From assembly GCA_963770895.1 (NCBI GenBank), contig CAVYRF010000001.1, positions 1,120,001 to 1,184,000 on the forward strand: a stretch of 64,000 nucleotides of DNA. The letters run 5' to 3'. The notes below the pieces were generated by a model. That model searched no databases. It was not told the DNA's origin and worked only from the letters and a program-made list of their open reading frames with translations. The position numbers and the translations under genes are program-made. Origin of the DNA: an uncultured Acidobacteriota bacterium (GTDB lineage Bacteria > Acidobacteriota > Thermoanaerobaculia > Multivoradales > UBA5704). Positions 33,473 to 43,536 of this stretch are shown piece after piece (position 1 is the first letter of the stretch; each line of letters begins with the position of its first letter).

Positions 33473-35011
33473 ATGAGCGTCGCCGAACGCCTGGCGGCGC
33501 TGTCGCCCGAGCAGCGCGCGCTGCTCGACAAGCTGCGCGCCGCCTCCCCGGCGGCAACCGCGTCGCCCGCCTCGCAAGCGTCCCCGACGACCCCGCCAAC
33601 CGGCGCCGGCCAGCAGCAACCGCCGCCGGTGCGGCCGGTGTCGGGGCCGAGCGGGGTCGGCGACTGGCCGCTCAGCTTCGACCAGGAGCGGCTGTGGGGG
33701 CTGCACCAGCAGGTCGACCAGCTGGTGTCGTGGAACGTCGACGCCGGCAGCCGCTTCCGCGGCGGCGCGGTCGACCTGCGGGCGCTGCTGGGCGCGGTGC
33801 ACGCGCTGGTGCGGCGGCACGCGGCGTGGCGCACCACGTTCCCGCTGGTGGACGGCCGGCCGGTGCAGCGGGTGGCGGCGTTCATCCGACCGGCGGCGGC
33901 GGTGATCGACCTGGCGGCGCTGCCCGCCGCCCGCCGCGAGCAGGAGGCGCACACGGCGATCTGGCACCACACGCGCCAGCCGTTCGACCTGGCGCGCGGG
34001 CCGCTGCTGCGCCTGGCCCTGGTGCGGCTGGCGGCCGACGATCATCTCTGCCTGGTGACCCTGCACCACCTGGTGACCGACTGGATCAGCTTCCAGATCT
34101 TCTTCGGCGAGCTGCTGGCGCTCTACCGGCTGCAGCTTGCCGGCCGCGCCGTGCCGCTGCCGCCGCCGGAGGTGCAGTTTCCCGACTATGCGCTGTGGGA
34201 GCGCGACTGGCTGCGCGGCGACGTGCTGGCCGCCGAGCAGGACTTCTGGCGGCGCGAGCTGGCGGGGTTTCCGCTCGCCCTGGACCTGCCGGCGGCGCGG
34301 CCGCGGCCGGCGGTGCAGAGCCAGCGCGGCGGCATGGCGCGGATGGACGCCGGCGCCTCGCGCAGCGCCCGCCTGCGCGCCCTGGCTCGCGCCCAGGGGG
34401 CGACGCCGTTCATGGCGATGCTGGCGCTGCTCTACGCGCTGCTGTGGCGGCTGACCGGCCGCGAACGGCTGGTCGTCGGCTCCAACGGCGCCAACCGCCC
34501 GCGGCCCGAGCTGCAGGGCGTGGCCGGGTTCTTCCTCACCCAGATGCCGTTCGCCGCCGACGTCGGCGGCGATCCCACCTTCCGCGAGCTGCTGGCGCGC
34601 AGCCGGCGGGCGGCGCTGGCCGCCTACGCCCACCAGAACCTGCCGTTCAGCCTCCTGGTGGAGGCGCTGCCGGGCGCCCTCGCTGCCGCCGGCAACGGCC
34701 TGGAGCGCAATCCGGTGGTGCAGGTGATGCTGCTGGTGCTGACGTCGCCGCCGGCGGCGACGGTGCCCGGCGGGCCGACGTTCGAGCCGGTGCCGCTGTA
34801 CGACGGCAACTCGCGCTGGGACCTGATGTTCGGCATCTACGACGACGCCGACCGCGGCCTGGCCGGGGTGGTGGAGTTCAACGCCGACATCCTGGACGCG
34901 CCCCAGGTCGAAGGCTGGGTGGCGCTGCTGGTGCGCTTCATGGACGCGGTGACCGCCGACCCGGGACTGCGGCTGTCGCAGCTGCCGGCGGCTGGTGAGG
35001 TGGCGCGATGA
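33473..35011 (+). CDS. Stand-alone condensation-domain protein
   Basis: N-terminal docking helix LAALSPEQRALL, LSFDQERLW, RHAAWRTTF, variant active site HHLVTDWIS, AHQNLPF; no A or PCP. Confidence 0.9.
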   Translation: MSVAERLAALSPEQRALLDKLRAASPAATASPASQASPTTPPTGAGQQQPPPVRPVSGPSGVGDWPLSFDQERLWGLHQQVDQLVSWNVDAGSRFRGGAVDLRALLGAVHALVRRHAAWRTTFPLVDGRPVQRVAAFIRPAAAVIDLAALPAARREQEAHTAIWHHTRQPFDLARGPLLRLALVRLAADDHLCLVTLHHLVTDWISFQIFFGELLALYRLQLAGRAVPLPPPEVQFPDYALWERDWLRGDVLAAEQDFWRRELAGFPLALDLPAARPRPAVQSQRGGMARMDAGASRSARLRALARAQGATPFMAMLALLYALLWRLTGRERLVVGSNGANRPRPELQGVAGFFLTQMPFAADVGGDPTFRELLARSRRAALAAYAHQNLPFSLLVEALPGALAAAGNGLERNPVVQVMLLVLTSPPAATVPGGPTFEPVPLYDGNSRWDLMFGIYDDADRGLAGVVEFNADILDAPQVEGWVALLVRFMDAVTADPGLRLSQLPAAGEVAR

Positions 35012-38000
35012 GCGGCGTCGCCGGCCGCATCGCGGCGCTGTCGCCCGAGCAGCGCGCCCTGTTCGAAAAGCTCCGCCAGCAGCAGCAGCGCGCCGCGCGC
35101 CGCCTCGATCCGCCGCCCATCGCGCGGGTGAGCGGCGCGACGGGGCAGGGCGACTGGCCGCTGTCGCTCGACCAGGAACGCTTCTGGTTCATGGAGCAGC
35201 TGTACTCCAACCATGCCGGCCTCAACATCACCGCCGCCACGCGCCTGCGCGGGCGCCTCGCGGTGCCGCTGCTGGGCAAGGCGCTGGCCGCCGTGGTGCG
35301 CCGCCACGCGGCGTGGCGCACCACCTTCCCGGCGACGGCTGCGGGCGCGCCTTTGCAGCGCGTCGCGCCGCCCGCGGGCAGGGGTGCCGCCGGCGCCGGC
35401 GGTGGCGAGGTGCGGCTGGCGATGATCGACCTGTCGGCGCTGCCGGCGGCGGTGCACGCCGCGCAGGTGTCGCGCCTGGTGGACCAGGACACGGCGGCGC
35501 CGTTCGACCTGGCGCGCGGGCCGCTGGTGCGCGCCCACCTGCTGCGCCTGAGCGCGGTGGATCACGTGTGCGTGCTGACCGTCCACCACCTGGTGACCGA
35601 CTGGATCTCGTTCCAGATCGCCTGGAGCGAGCTGGCGGCGGCCTACCAGGCGCTGGCCGCCGGCCGGCCGGCGGCGCTGCCGGAGCCGCCGGTGCACTAT
35701 CCCGACTTCGCGGTGTGGCAGCGCGCCTGGCTGTCGGGGGAGGTGCTGGCCGAGCTGGAATCCTGGTGGCGCCAGACGCTTGCCGGCGTGCCGCTGGTGC
35801 TCGACCTGCCGCTGGACCGGCCGCGTCCGGCGGTGGCGCGCATGCGCGGCGGCCGGCGGCCGGTGGCGGCGTCGCCCGAGCTTTCCGAGGCGCTGCGGGC
35901 GCTGGGGCGGCGCCACGGCGCCACCCTGTTCATGACCGTGCTGGCGGCGACCGGCGTGCTGATCCATCGCGATTCCGGCCAGGAGCGGCTGGTCCTGGGC
36001 GCCAACAACGCCAACCGCAACCGCCCCGAGATCGAGCCGGTGCTGGGGTGCTTCCTCACCCAGGTGCCCTTCGTGATCGACCTCACCGGCGATCCGGCGT
36101 GGAGCGAGCTGCTGACCCGGGTGCGGCAGTCGGCCCTGGGCTCGTTCGGCCACCAGGACCTGCCGTTCGGCAAGCTGGTGGAGGCGGTGCGGCCGGAGCG
36201 CGACGCCAGCCGCCAGCCGGTGATCCAGACGCTGGTGCAGGTGCTCGACGCCCAGTATTCCAAGGTGGAGATGGCCGGCGTCAGCTTCGAGGCGGTGGAC
36301 TCCTACGACGGCAGGGCGCGCTACGACCTGATGTTGAGCCTGTACGACGCGCCGGGCGGCATCGCCGGGTCGCTGGAGTACGACGCCGACCTGTTCGACG
36401 CGGCGACCGTCGAAAGGATGGTGGAGCGCTTCCTGCTGCAAGCGGCGGCGGCCGCCGCCGATCCCGGCCTGCGCCTGTCGCAGCTGCCGGTGCTGTCGGC
36501 CGCGGCGCGCCATCAGGCTCTCCACGAATGGAACGACACGGAGTGGCCGGCGCCGCCCTGGACGGTGCCGGGACGCATCGCCGCGCAGGCGCTGGCGACG
36601 CCGGACGCCGCGGCGGTGGTCGCCCAGGAAGGCGGCCTGGTGCTCAGCTACGGCGAGTTGGCGCGGCGTGCCGGCGGCCTGGCCGGCGGGCTGCGCGCCG
36701 CGGGAGTCGGCACCGAATCCCGCGTCGCGCTGGCGCTCCAGCGCGGCGCCGACATCCCGCTGGCCATCCTGGCGGTGTGGCTGGCGGGGGGCGCCTACGT
36801 GCCGCTCGACCCTGACTCGCCGCGGGAGCGGCTGGCGCGGTTGCTGGCCGACGCAGCGCCGCGCCTGGTGGTGCATCGCGGACCGCTGCCGGTCGAGCTG
36901 CCGGCGGGGCTGGCCGGCTTCGATCTCGCCGGGTGGGAGCCAGGGGCGGCGGCACCGGGGGAGGCGCCGCCTGCCGCGATGACTCTTCTTGCCGCGGCGT
37001 CCCCCGCCGCCGGTGTGGCGAGCGCCGTGGGCGAGGCGGGCGAGGCGGGCGGCCCGCGCGCCGACCAGCTGGCCTACCTGCTCTACACCTCGGGCACCAC
37101 CGGCCTGCCCAAGGCCGCCATGATCGAGCACGGCGGGCTGGCGGCGATGCTGGCGGCGCTCGGAGAGCGGCTCGACCTGCGTGCCGGCGACCGGGTGCCG
37201 GCGATGGCGCCGTACGTCTTCGACGCGTCGCTGCTGGAGATGTTCCTGCCGCTGCTCGTCGGCGGCGTGGTCGAGGTGCTGAGCGCCGACCAGGTGCTGG
37301 ACCTGGATCGCTTGCTGGCGGCCATGGCGCGCGCCACCCAGGTGCTCACCGTGCCGGCGCAGATGCGCCGCCTGCCGCCCGACCTGGCGGAGCGCCAGCC
37401 GGGGCGCTTCGCCGGCCTGCGCGCGCTGTCGGTGGGCGGCGACGTGGTGACGCCGGATCTGCAAGCCCGGCTGCTGGCGACCTTCCCGGCGGCCGCGCTG
37501 CACGTGATGTACGGCCCGACCGAGATCTCGATCCTCTGCACCGGCTTCCACGTGCCGCGCTGGCGGCCGGCCGAGCGGTCGTTGATCGGCTGGCCGCTGC
37601 CGGGGGTCGAGGCGCTGGTGGTGGACCGCCGGCTGGCTGGAGGCCCCGATGCGCCGGTGGAGCAGGAGGCGGCAGCCGTGTCCGGCCCGCCGGCGGCGAA
37701 CCCCGCGCCGGCCGCACCACCAGCGCCGTTTGCGTTGGTGGCGCCAGGCGTGCCGGGCGAGCTGTGGATCGGCGGCCGCGGCGTGGGGCGCGGCTACTTC
37801 GGCCGCGACCAGCTGACCGCCCAGAAGTTCGTCGTCGCCGGCGGCCGGCGTTTCTACCGCACCGGCGACCTGGTGCGGCAGGTGCACGCCTGGGGCGGCG
37901 CCCTGGAGTTCCTGGCCCGCACCGACCAGCAGGTCAAGGTGCGCGGCGTGCGCGTCGAGCCCGGCGAGGTCGAGGCCGCGCTGCGCGCCCATCCGTCAGT

Positions 38001-41000
38001 GGCCGACGCGGTGGTGGCGGCGCGCCCGGCCGCCGACGGCGAAAACCTGCTGGTCGCCTATTGGGTGGCAGCCGCTCCGGTGGCGCCCGGCGCGGCGAGT
38101 GCGCCCGACCTGCTCACCCACCTGCGCCAGACGCTGCCGGCCGCCCTGGTGCCGGCGGTGCTGGTGCCGCTCGCCGAGCTGCCGCGCAACGCCGCGGGCA
38201 AGGTGGATCGCCAGCGGCTGCCCGTGCCGCCGTCGTTCGCGGCGGGCGGCGCAGCCGGCGCGGCTGGTGGCGATGGCGCCGTCGCGCGCGGCGCCGTCGA
38301 GGAGCTGGTGGCGGGCATCTGGTGCCAGGTGCTGGGGGTGGCGAGCGTGCCGGCGGCGGCGGACTTCTTCGCCCTGGGCGGCCATTCGCTGCTCGCCACC
38401 CAGGTGATCAGCCGCCTGCGCGCGGCCACCGGCGTCGAGCTGCCGGTGCGGGAAATGTTCCAGTCGCCGACCGTCGAAGCGCTGGCGCGGGCGGTCACCG
38501 CCGCCCTGGCCGCGGGCGGCGCCGGCAATGCCGGGGCGATGCCGCCGGCGATCGGCCGCGCCGCCCGCGACGGCGAGCTGCCGCTGTCGTTCGCCCAGGA
38601 ACGGCTCTGGTTCCTGGACCGCCTGGCGCCGGGCAGCGCCGCGTACCACATCCCGGTGGCGCTGCGCGCGCAGGGCGCCCTGTCGCTGCCGGCGATGGCG
38701 GCGGCTCTCGACGCGATGACGCAGCGCCACGAGGCCCTGCGCACGACCTTCGGTGCCAGCCGTGGCGCCGGCGGCGGCGCCGTCGCGGCCGGAGGCGCCG
38801 CGGCGCTGCGCGGCGGCCCGCGCCCGGTCCAGGTGGTGAACGCTCCTGTCGCCGCCGCCCCCCTGCCGGTGATCGACCTGGCAGCCCTGCCGCCGGCCGA
38901 GCGCGAAGCCGAAGCGCGGCGCCTGGTCGACGCCGAGGTGGCGCGCCCGTTCGACCTGGAGCGCGACGCGGTGCTGCGCCAGAGCGCCCTGCGGCTGGGC
39001 GCCGCCGACCACGTGCTGCTGCTGGTGGTCCACCACATCGCCGCCGACGGCTGGTCGATCGGCGTCATGGTGCGCGAGATCACCGCGCTCTACGCCGCCG
39101 CCGTCGCGGCACGGCCGGCGGCGCTGCCACCGCTGCCGGTGCAGTACGCGGACTTCGCGGTGTGGCAGCGGCAATGGCTGCGCGGCGAAGCGCTCGAACG
39201 GCAGCTCGCCTACTGGCGCCGCCGCCTTGCCGCCGCCCCCGCGCTCGACCTGCCGACCGACCGGCCGCGGCCGGCGGCGCAGAGCTTCCGCGGCGCCACC
39301 CGGATGCACGCGGTGCCCGCCGCCACCGCCGCCGCCCTGCGCGAAACGGCGCGGCGCGGCGATGCGACGCTCTTCATGCTGCTGCTGGCCGCCTTCCAGA
39401 CGCTGCTCGGCCGCTACGCCGGCCGCGACGACGTGGTGGTCGGCACGCCGATCGCCAACCGCACGCGCGCCGAGATCGAGCCGCTCATCGGCTTCTTCGT
39501 CAACACCCTGGTGCTGCGCGGCGATCTGGCCGGCGATCCGCCGTTCGGCGAGCTGCTGGCGCGCACCCGGCGCGCCGCGCTGGAAGCCTATTCGCACCAG
39601 GACCTGCCGTTCGAGCGCCTGGTCGAGGAGCTGCGGCCGGAGCGCCGCCTGGCGCACAACCCGCTGTTCCAGGTGATGTTCGCGGTGCAGAACACGCCGC
39701 TCGGCGCGGTCGAGCTGCCGGGCGTCGCCTTCGCCCCGGTCGAGCTGACGTTCCCCGCCACGCGCTTCGACCTGGAGCTGTTCTTCACCGAGGTGGACGG
39801 CGCCCTGGCGGTGCAGCTCACCTACAGCACCGACCTCTTCGATCGCGCCACCATGCTGCGCCTGCTGGGCCACCTCGACCGCCTGCTCGCGGCGCTGCCG
39901 GCCGCCGCGCCCCAGCGGCTGTCGCAGCTCGCCCTGCTGGCGCCCGAGGAGCGCCAGCAGCTGGCCCGCGAGTGGAACGACACCGCGGCTCAGCTGCCCG
40001 CCGCGGGCGTCGCGGCGCGCTTCGCCCACCAGGCCCGCCGCCGCCCCGACGCCGTGGCGCTGTCGTGGGAGGACGGCGAGATCACCTACGCCGAGCTGGC
40101 GCGGCGCGCCGCCGCGGTGGCGGCCGCGCTGCGCAACGCCGGGATCGGCGCCGAAGCCAGGGTGGCGCTCGCGGCGCAGCGTGGGCCGGCCCTGGTGGCC
40201 GGCATCCTCGGCATCCTGGCGGTGGGCGGCGCCTACGTGCCGCTCGATCCGTCGTATCCAACCGAGCGGCTGGCGTTCATGCTCGACGACTCGCAGGCGC
40301 AGGCCGTGCTGGGCGACCCGGAGCTGACCGAAGGCCTGCCCGCCGGCCTGCCGCGGCTGGATCTGACGGCGGCCTTCGCTGGCGGCGGGCAGCCGCAAGC
40401 GGCGTTCGCGCCGCGCGGCGTCGACCTGGACGGGCTCGCCTACGTGATGTACACGTCGGGTTCGACCGGCCGCCCCAAGGGAGTCGGTGTCACCCATCGC
40501 GGCATTCTGCGCCTGGTCGCGGGCGGCGGGTGGCGGGAGCCGCATCCTGGCTCCGACGGCGCCGTCGATGTCGCAAATGGCGCCCATGCCGCCGACGCCG
40601 CCGATTTCGCCAACGCCGCCGGCCGTGCGGAGTGCGCCGACGACCGCATGCCGGGCGCTTTTGTGGAGCTCGGCCCCGGCCAGGTGTTTCTGCAACTGGC
40701 GCCGGTTTCCTTTGACGCATCGACGCTGGAACTGTGGGCGCCGTTGCTGCACGGCGGGCGGCTGGCGATCTTCCCGCCGCGGCGCCCGGCGCTGGCCGAC
40801 CTGGCGCAGGCGGTGGCGCGCTGGGGCGTCAGCTCGCTGTGGCTGACCGCCGGGCTGTTCCACCAAATGGTGGACCACGAGCTGGCATCGCTTGCCGGCT
40901 TGACCCAGCTGCTGGCGGGCGGCGACGTGCTGTCGCCGGCGCACGTGCGGCGGGCGCTCGCCGCGCTGCCTGCGATCACCCTGGTCAACGGCTACGGCCC

Positions 41001-43536
41001 CACCGAGAGCACCACCTTTGCCTGCTGCCACCGCATGCCCGGCGGCAGCCAGGTCGCCGCCGGCAGCGTGCCGCTGGGCAGGCCGATCGGCAACACCCGT
41101 CTCCTGCTGCTCGGCCGCTACGGCGAAGAGCTGCCGGCCGGTGCCTGGGGTGAGCTGTGGATCGGCGGCGACGGCCTGGCCCGCGGTTACGTTGGTCGGC
41201 CCGACCTGACCGCCGCCAGCTTCGCCCCCGACCCCGTGGGCGGTGTGCCAGGGGCGCGCCTCTATCGCACCGGCGACGTGGCACGCTGGCGGGCGGACGG
41301 CACGATCGAGTTCCGCGGCCGGCGTGACGGCCAGGTCAAGGTGCGCGGCTACCGCGTCGAGCTGGGCGAGATCGAAAGCGCCCTGCGCCGCCACCCGCGC
41401 GTCGAGCAGGCGGCGGTCGTGGCCCTGCGCCACCAGGCGCCGGCCGCCGCCGCGGCGGCAGCGGCGGTGCCCCAGCCGCCCGACGGCCAGCCCGCGGTCG
41501 ATGGGGGAGAGCTGCGGCTGGTGGCCTACGTCGTGCCGGCGCCGGTTGCGCCCGCCGCCGTCGGCGCGCCGGACCCGGCGACAGCAGGAGCGGCGGGCGG
41601 CGTTGGCGCGGCAGCGGCAGCGAGTGCAGGAGCGGCCGGCAGCGTAGCCGCCAGTGCGGTAGCGGGAGTGGGAGCAGAAGGCGCCGGCGACTCAGGCGCC
41701 GACGCGGCATCAGGAGCAGGCGCGGGGATCGTCGAGCAGTGGCGCGAGCTGTACGAGCAGACCTATGCGCGCGGCCTGCCGGCCGAGGCGGGCGGCGACG
41801 CCGCGTTCAACGTCCAGGGATGGAACAGCAGCTATACCGGCGAGCCGATCCCGGCCGCCGAGATGCGCGAGTGGCTGGACGGGATCAGCGGCCGGCTGCT
41901 GGCCCTGCCGCACCGGCGGGTCCTGGAGGTGGGCTGCGGCACCGGCCTGCTGCTCTTCCGCGTCGCGCCGCGGGCGGAAAGCTACCGCGGCACCGACTTT
42001 TCGGCGGTGGCGCTGGCGCAGGTGGCGGCCGAAGTGCAGCGGCGCGGCATCGCCGGCGTCCAGCTGGAGCAGCGGCAGGCCAGCGACTGGAGCGGCGTCG
42101 CCCCCGGCAGCGTCGACCTGGTGGTGCTCAACTCCGTGGTGCAGTACTTCCCCAGCGCCGACTACCTGGTGGCAGCGCTCGCCGGCGCCGCGGCGGCGGT
42201 GGCGCCGGGCGGTGCGATCTTCGTCGGCGACGTGCGCAGCCTGCCGCTGTTGCAGGCCTTCCACACGTCGGTCGAGCTGCACGCCGCAGCGGGCACGGTG
42301 TCCGCCGCGGAGCTGGCGCGCCGCGTGCGCCGCGGCATCGCCGGCGAACAGGAGCTGTGCGTCGATCCCGACCTGTTCCGCCAGCTGGCCGCCAGGCTGC
42401 CGGCGGCCACTGCCGTTCAGGTCCAGCTGCATCGCGGCCGCCACGCCAACGAGCTGACGCGGTTCCGCTACGACGTGATCCTGCGGGTCGGCGCCGCGGT
42501 GCCGCCGGCACCGCCGCCAGCACTGCCGCGGCTCGATTGGCGCGCCGAAAAGTTGACGCTGGGCGAGCTGGAGCGGCGCCTGCGCCTGCGGCTCGCCCCA
42601 GGCGAGAGCGCGCGCGACGGCGCGCCGGTGCTCACCGTCTGTGGAGTCCCCAACGCCCGGCTCGCCGCCGAGGCGGTGGCGCTCGAACTGATGGCAGACC
42701 CGGGCACGGTGGCGACGGCGAGCGCGGCCGATCTGCGCGCCGAAGTCGCGCGCCGTCTGGCGGTGCTTGCGGCGGACCCGGCGACGGCGCCGGTCGACCC
42801 GGAAGACCTGTGGGCGTTGGGCGACCGGCTGGGCTGCCAGGCCGAGGTCGGCTGGCCGGCGGACGGCGGCGCCGGGGGCACCCTGGAGGTGCGCTTCCGG
42901 TCCACCGCGCCGGCCGCGGCCCACGCGGCCCCCATGGCCGATACGCCCGCCGCCGCCGCGGCACCCGCCGAGCCTTTACGCTGGGGTGCGTTCACCAACG
43001 ATCCGCTGGCGATCGTCGAACAGCGGCGGCTGGCCGGCGAGCTGCGGCGCCACCTGGACGCGACGCTGCCCGAATACATGGTGCCCGCCGCGTTCGTCGT
43101 GCTGGACGCGCTGCCGCTCACCGCCAACGGCAAGGTCGACCAGGCGGCGCTGCCGCCGCCGGACGCGCCCGGCCAGCAGGCGGAGCGCTGGGTGGCGCCG
43201 GCGACGCCGCTCGAGCGGCTGCTGGCCGAGGTGACCGTCGAGCTGCTGGGGATCGAGCGCGCCGGGCTGCGCGACAACTTCTTCGCCTTGGGTGGCCACT
43301 CGCTGCTGGCCACCCAGCTGGTGTCCCGCCTCACCCAGGAGCACGGCCTGGCGGTGACCTTGCGCATGGTGTTCGACGCCGCCGACCTGGGCGACCTGGC
43401 CGACCGCATCGTCGAGCAGGAGCTGGCGGGCGCCGACGACGAGCTGCTGCAAGCTGCCCTGGGCGAGCTCGACGGCCTGGGCGCGGACGACCTGGAGCTG
43501 GCCGCGCTGGGCGACGCCGCGGAGGCCGAACGATGA
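35008..43536 (+). CDS. NRPS, C*-A-PCP-C-A-nMT-PCP
   Basis: ATGA overlap with the upstream gene. First C has HHLVTDWIS. A6 code DALLSGMILK (unknown), A7 DALWLGGTFK (Val). N-methyltransferase motifs GWNSSYTG, VLEVGCGTG, LNSVVQYFPS. Acidic C-terminal docking helix. Confidence 0.95.
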   Translation: MSGVAGRIAALSPEQRALFEKLRQQQQRAARRLDPPPIARVSGATGQGDWPLSLDQERFWFMEQLYSNHAGLNITAATRLRGRLAVPLLGKALAAVVRRHAAWRTTFPATAAGAPLQRVAPPAGRGAAGAGGGEVRLAMIDLSALPAAVHAAQVSRLVDQDTAAPFDLARGPLVRAHLLRLSAVDHVCVLTVHHLVTDWISFQIAWSELAAAYQALAAGRPAALPEPPVHYPDFAVWQRAWLSGEVLAELESWWRQTLAGVPLVLDLPLDRPRPAVARMRGGRRPVAASPELSEALRALGRRHGATLFMTVLAATGVLIHRDSGQERLVLGANNANRNRPEIEPVLGCFLTQVPFVIDLTGDPAWSELLTRVRQSALGSFGHQDLPFGKLVEAVRPERDASRQPVIQTLVQVLDAQYSKVEMAGVSFEAVDSYDGRARYDLMLSLYDAPGGIAGSLEYDADLFDAATVERMVERFLLQAAAAAADPGLRLSQLPVLSAAARHQALHEWNDTEWPAPPWTVPGRIAAQALATPDAAAVVAQEGGLVLSYGELARRAGGLAGGLRAAGVGTESRVALALQRGADIPLAILAVWLAGGAYVPLDPDSPRERLARLLADAAPRLVVHRGPLPVELPAGLAGFDLAGWEPGAAAPGEAPPAAMTLLAAASPAAGVASAVGEAGEAGGPRADQLAYLLYTSGTTGLPKAAMIEHGGLAAMLAALGERLDLRAGDRVPAMAPYVFDASLLEMFLPLLVGGVVEVLSADQVLDLDRLLAAMARATQVLTVPAQMRRLPPDLAERQPGRFAGLRALSVGGDVVTPDLQARLLATFPAAALHVMYGPTEISILCTGFHVPRWRPAERSLIGWPLPGVEALVVDRRLAGGPDAPVEQEAAAVSGPPAANPAPAAPPAPFALVAPGVPGELWIGGRGVGRGYFGRDQLTAQKFVVAGGRRFYRTGDLVRQVHAWGGALEFLARTDQQVKVRGVRVEPGEVEAALRAHPSVADAVVAARPAADGENLLVAYWVAAAPVAPGAASAPDLLTHLRQTLPAALVPAVLVPLAELPRNAAGKVDRQRLPVPPSFAAGGAAGAAGGDGAVARGAVEELVAGIWCQVLGVASVPAAADFFALGGHSLLATQVISRLRAATGVELPVREMFQSPTVEALARAVTAALAAGGAGNAGAMPPAIGRAARDGELPLSFAQERLWFLDRLAPGSAAYHIPVALRAQGALSLPAMAAALDAMTQRHEALRTTFGASRGAGGGAVAAGGAAALRGGPRPVQVVNAPVAAAPLPVIDLAALPPAEREAEARRLVDAEVARPFDLERDAVLRQSALRLGAADHVLLLVVHHIAADGWSIGVMVREITALYAAAVAARPAALPPLPVQYADFAVWQRQWLRGEALERQLAYWRRRLAAAPALDLPTDRPRPAAQSFRGATRMHAVPAATAAALRETARRGDATLFMLLLAAFQTLLGRYAGRDDVVVGTPIANRTRAEIEPLIGFFVNTLVLRGDLAGDPPFGELLARTRRAALEAYSHQDLPFERLVEELRPERRLAHNPLFQVMFAVQNTPLGAVELPGVAFAPVELTFPATRFDLELFFTEVDGALAVQLTYSTDLFDRATMLRLLGHLDRLLAALPAAAPQRLSQLALLAPEERQQLAREWNDTAAQLPAAGVAARFAHQARRRPDAVALSWEDGEITYAELARRAAAVAAALRNAGIGAEARVALAAQRGPALVAGILGILAVGGAYVPLDPSYPTERLAFMLDDSQAQAVLGDPELTEGLPAGLPRLDLTAAFAGGGQPQAAFAPRGVDLDGLAYVMYTSGSTGRPKGVGVTHRGILRLVAGGGWREPHPGSDGAVDVANGAHAADAADFANAAGRAECADDRMPGAFVELGPGQVFLQLAPVSFDASTLELWAPLLHGGRLAIFPPRRPALADLAQAVARWGVSSLWLTAGLFHQMVDHELASLAGLTQLLAGGDVLSPAHVRRALAALPAITLVNGYGPTESTTFACCHRMPGGSQVAAGSVPLGRPIGNTRLLLLGRYGEELPAGAWGELWIGGDGLARGYVGRPDLTAASFAPDPVGGVPGARLYRTGDVARWRADGTIEFRGRRDGQVKVRGYRVELGEIESALRRHPRVEQAAVVALRHQAPAAAAAAAAVPQPPDGQPAVDGGELRLVAYVVPAPVAPAAVGAPDPATAGAAGGVGAAAAASAGAAGSVAASAVAGVGAEGAGDSGADAASGAGAGIVEQWRELYEQTYARGLPAEAGGDAAFNVQGWNSSYTGEPIPAAEMREWLDGISGRLLALPHRRVLEVGCGTGLLLFRVAPRAESYRGTDFSAVALAQVAAEVQRRGIAGVQLEQRQASDWSGVAPGSVDLVVLNSVVQYFPSADYLVAALAGAAAAVAPGGAIFVGDVRSLPLLQAFHTSVELHAAAGTVSAAELARRVRRGIAGEQELCVDPDLFRQLAARLPAATAVQVQLHRGRHANELTRFRYDVILRVGAAVPPAPPPALPRLDWRAEKLTLGELERRLRLRLAPGESARDGAPVLTVCGVPNARLAAEAVALELMADPGTVATASAADLRAEVARRLAVLAADPATAPVDPEDLWALGDRLGCQAEVGWPADGGAGGTLEVRFRSTAPAAAHAAPMADTPAAAAAPAEPLRWGAFTNDPLAIVEQRRLAGELRRHLDATLPEYMVPAAFVVLDALPLTANGKVDQAALPPPDAPGQQAERWVAPATPLERLLAEVTVELLGIERAGLRDNFFALGGHSLLATQLVSRLTQEHGLAVTLRMVFDAADLGDLADRIVEQELAGADDELLQAALGELDGLGADDLELAALGDAAEAER

